Below the pieces are notes generated by a model that saw nothing but the letters and a program-made list of their open reading frames with translations, ran no database searches and was not told the DNA's origin. A stretch of 64,000 bases of DNA. Source: an uncultured Armatimonadia bacterium. Its GTDB lineage: Bacteria; Armatimonadota; Zipacnadia; CAVVLO01. The stretch covers positions 1,440,001-1,504,000 of the forward strand of contig CAVVLO010000002.1 in assembly GCA_963749155.1 (NCBI GenBank), read 5' to 3'. The stretch's first letter is position 1. Each line of letters opens with the position of its first letter. This document shows positions 62,644 to 64,000 of this stretch, piece after piece. The translations under genes were made by a program, and so were the position numbers.

Positions 62644-63963
62644 GTGTATAAGACCACTTCGCTGATTCTCGTTTTCGTCCTGCTTCTAGCCTGGCTGGAA
62701 GGCGCTCTGGCCGCGCCCAGAGTGGTGGCAGTAAGGCGCCCCGACGCCACTTGGTTGCAGCTTGTGCTGTCCGAAGCGCCCGGTCCAGAGACTCGTTATC
62801 GCTATGCCGGGGCTGACTGGATGCCCGCGCCCACCTCGCGTCCGGCTTCCGAGGTACCCTTGCAGGTGCTGGTGGCAGTGGATAGCACCGGCACTATGGA
62901 CGCTCGCTGGGAAGAACTGGTGCGAGGACTGGAAGGCTTTTTTGCCCTGCTGGACCAGACTGGCCGCCGGTATGAAACACGCGGAGTAATGTTTTCCGAT
63001 TCAGTTGGGCCTGCCTTTGGCGATGAGGGAGGTAGCTCCAAAGCGGTGCTGGCAGGGCTTGCTGGTTATCTTGCGGGGGGCGGCTTTGATGAGCCCGAGT
63101 CCAGCCTGGATGCGGCCTTGTGGCTCGCTGCCGAGCCGGCTTCGACTGGCGCAAGGCGGATGCTTTTGCTTTTCACCGATGCGCCCTTCCACTTCAGGGG
63201 CGATGGAACTCTGTTCAGCCAGACCACGTTGACCACGAGTCAGGCCCTCCTCCAGGCTGAAGGGGTGTCGGTTTTCTGCTGGGCGCCCGCGGGCAAGGGT
63301 TATGAGCAGCTTGCCAAGGCGACGGGTGGCGCCTGGTTCGACTGCGAGAAGTCCTATTTTGGCCCGTTGCTCGAGCAAGTTGCAGGCAGGCTGGCAAGAG
63401 AATACCTGCTTGAGCTTCAAGCGCCAACCGAGGCGGTTTTTGCGCCATCGATACGCGTCAGGCTGGACCTGGCTCCAGGCGACGAGGCTCTGGATGCGCC
63501 CTGGTGGCCTCAGGTGGGATTACTGCCAGAGGAAGTCGTGTTGACTTGCGCGGCGCCCGCAGGCGAAAGCGAGGCTCTCGCCTCTGCAAGAGCGCGCGGG
63601 TTGCTCTTTCAGGGCCTGGGGCGGGTGCTCTGGGCGGGAGGCAAGCCACTTGCTCACTGGGCTGGCGAGTTTCCCCAGTCGACTTTCGCGTTGAAGCAGG
63701 CGCTGGAGGCCAGGATGGAAGTGGACCCTGATGCTTCCAGGCAAGGCCTGACCTTTAGTGCAAGAATCAATAAGCAGGAGGCGGCCAGCCTGATGCTGGC
63801 CTGGCTCGAGCGCCACCTGCTGGTGGCGCCGCGGGCCGTCGAGTGGGGCTTCTCCGCCTTGCCGCAAGGGCAAGGCCTGACTAAAATAGGAGAAACCGAA
63901 TTAGCTATTAGCGCCCCGCAAGCACTGGGGGCTTCTGATATAGAGGGGCAAACTGATGAATAA
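62644..63963 (+). CDS. Secreted vWA-domain protein
   Basis: Signal peptide, MIDAS-like VDSTGTM, GGFDEPES, FTDAPFH and LAKATGG. The upstream part of the 746-aa ORF is an antisense shadow of nfnAB. Confidence 0.78.
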   Translation: MYKTTSLILVFVLLLAWLEGALAAPRVVAVRRPDATWLQLVLSEAPGPETRYRYAGADWMPAPTSRPASEVPLQVLVAVDSTGTMDARWEELVRGLEGFFALLDQTGRRYETRGVMFSDSVGPAFGDEGGSSKAVLAGLAGYLAGGGFDEPESSLDAALWLAAEPASTGARRMLLLFTDAPFHFRGDGTLFSQTTLTTSQALLQAEGVSVFCWAPAGKGYEQLAKATGGAWFDCEKSYFGPLLEQVAGRLAREYLLELQAPTEAVFAPSIRVRLDLAPGDEALDAPWWPQVGLLPEEVVLTCAAPAGESEALASARARGLLFQGLGRVLWAGGKPLAHWAGEFPQSTFALKQALEARMEVDPDASRQGLTFSARINKQEAASLMLAWLERHLLVAPRAVEWGFSALPQGQGLTKIGETELAISAPQALGASDIEGQTDE

Positions 63964-64000
63964 CGATGACGAATTGCAGGCTGAAGAACCTCTTCAGCCA
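63956..64000 (+). CDS. Start of a downstream gene (partial)
   Basis: GAGGGG SD, then ATG AAT AAC GAT GAC GAA, open to the window end and overlapping the previous stop. Confidence 0.45.
   Translation, partial: MNNDDELQAEEPLQP

Noticed and set aside
1..64000. CRISPR array, IS element, prophage or retron
   Set aside because: No regularly spaced repeats and no transposase, integrase, RT or phage proteins were recognised.

Overview
GC-rich bacterial chromosomal window with about 50 genes, most on the - strand. It looks like a diderm Terrabacteria lineage, probably Armatimonadota-like. That assignment is an inference from the H-X9-DG pseudopilin, LptD/LptF/G and Lnt together with Firmicutes-style recJ-relA-dtd synteny and hrcA. 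No integrase, transposase, reverse transcriptase, phage gene or CRISPR array is visible. About 20 single-base frameshifts occur in patches and most look like long-read consensus errors, so several CDS calls join ORF fragments. Contents in order: a tandem set of LolA-fold-like lipoproteins and glycoside hydrolases; a 500-bp intergenic region with DnaA boxes and a long-range stem structure; Cof, HDAC, YkgJ, tRNA-Ser(TGA), ppx and lnt; a three-member array of membrane beta-propeller paralogs with DNA-identical junctions; a 13.4-kb co-oriented cluster in which LptF/G and an LptD-like barrel bracket rml, wza and wzc and end in a GH39; a large GH2; a paralogous membrane-protein pair sharing an identical 45-bp segment; a methyltransferase, a TPR protein, dtd, relA and recJ; mnmA-hrcA; a pseudopilin with a structured leader; a DUF1998 helicase; a UroD-family protein; fused NfnAB; and a vWA protein. 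The best candidates for undescribed biology are the Lpt plus Wza/Wzc cluster, the cassette-like paralog arrays and two unclassified structured non-coding regions.
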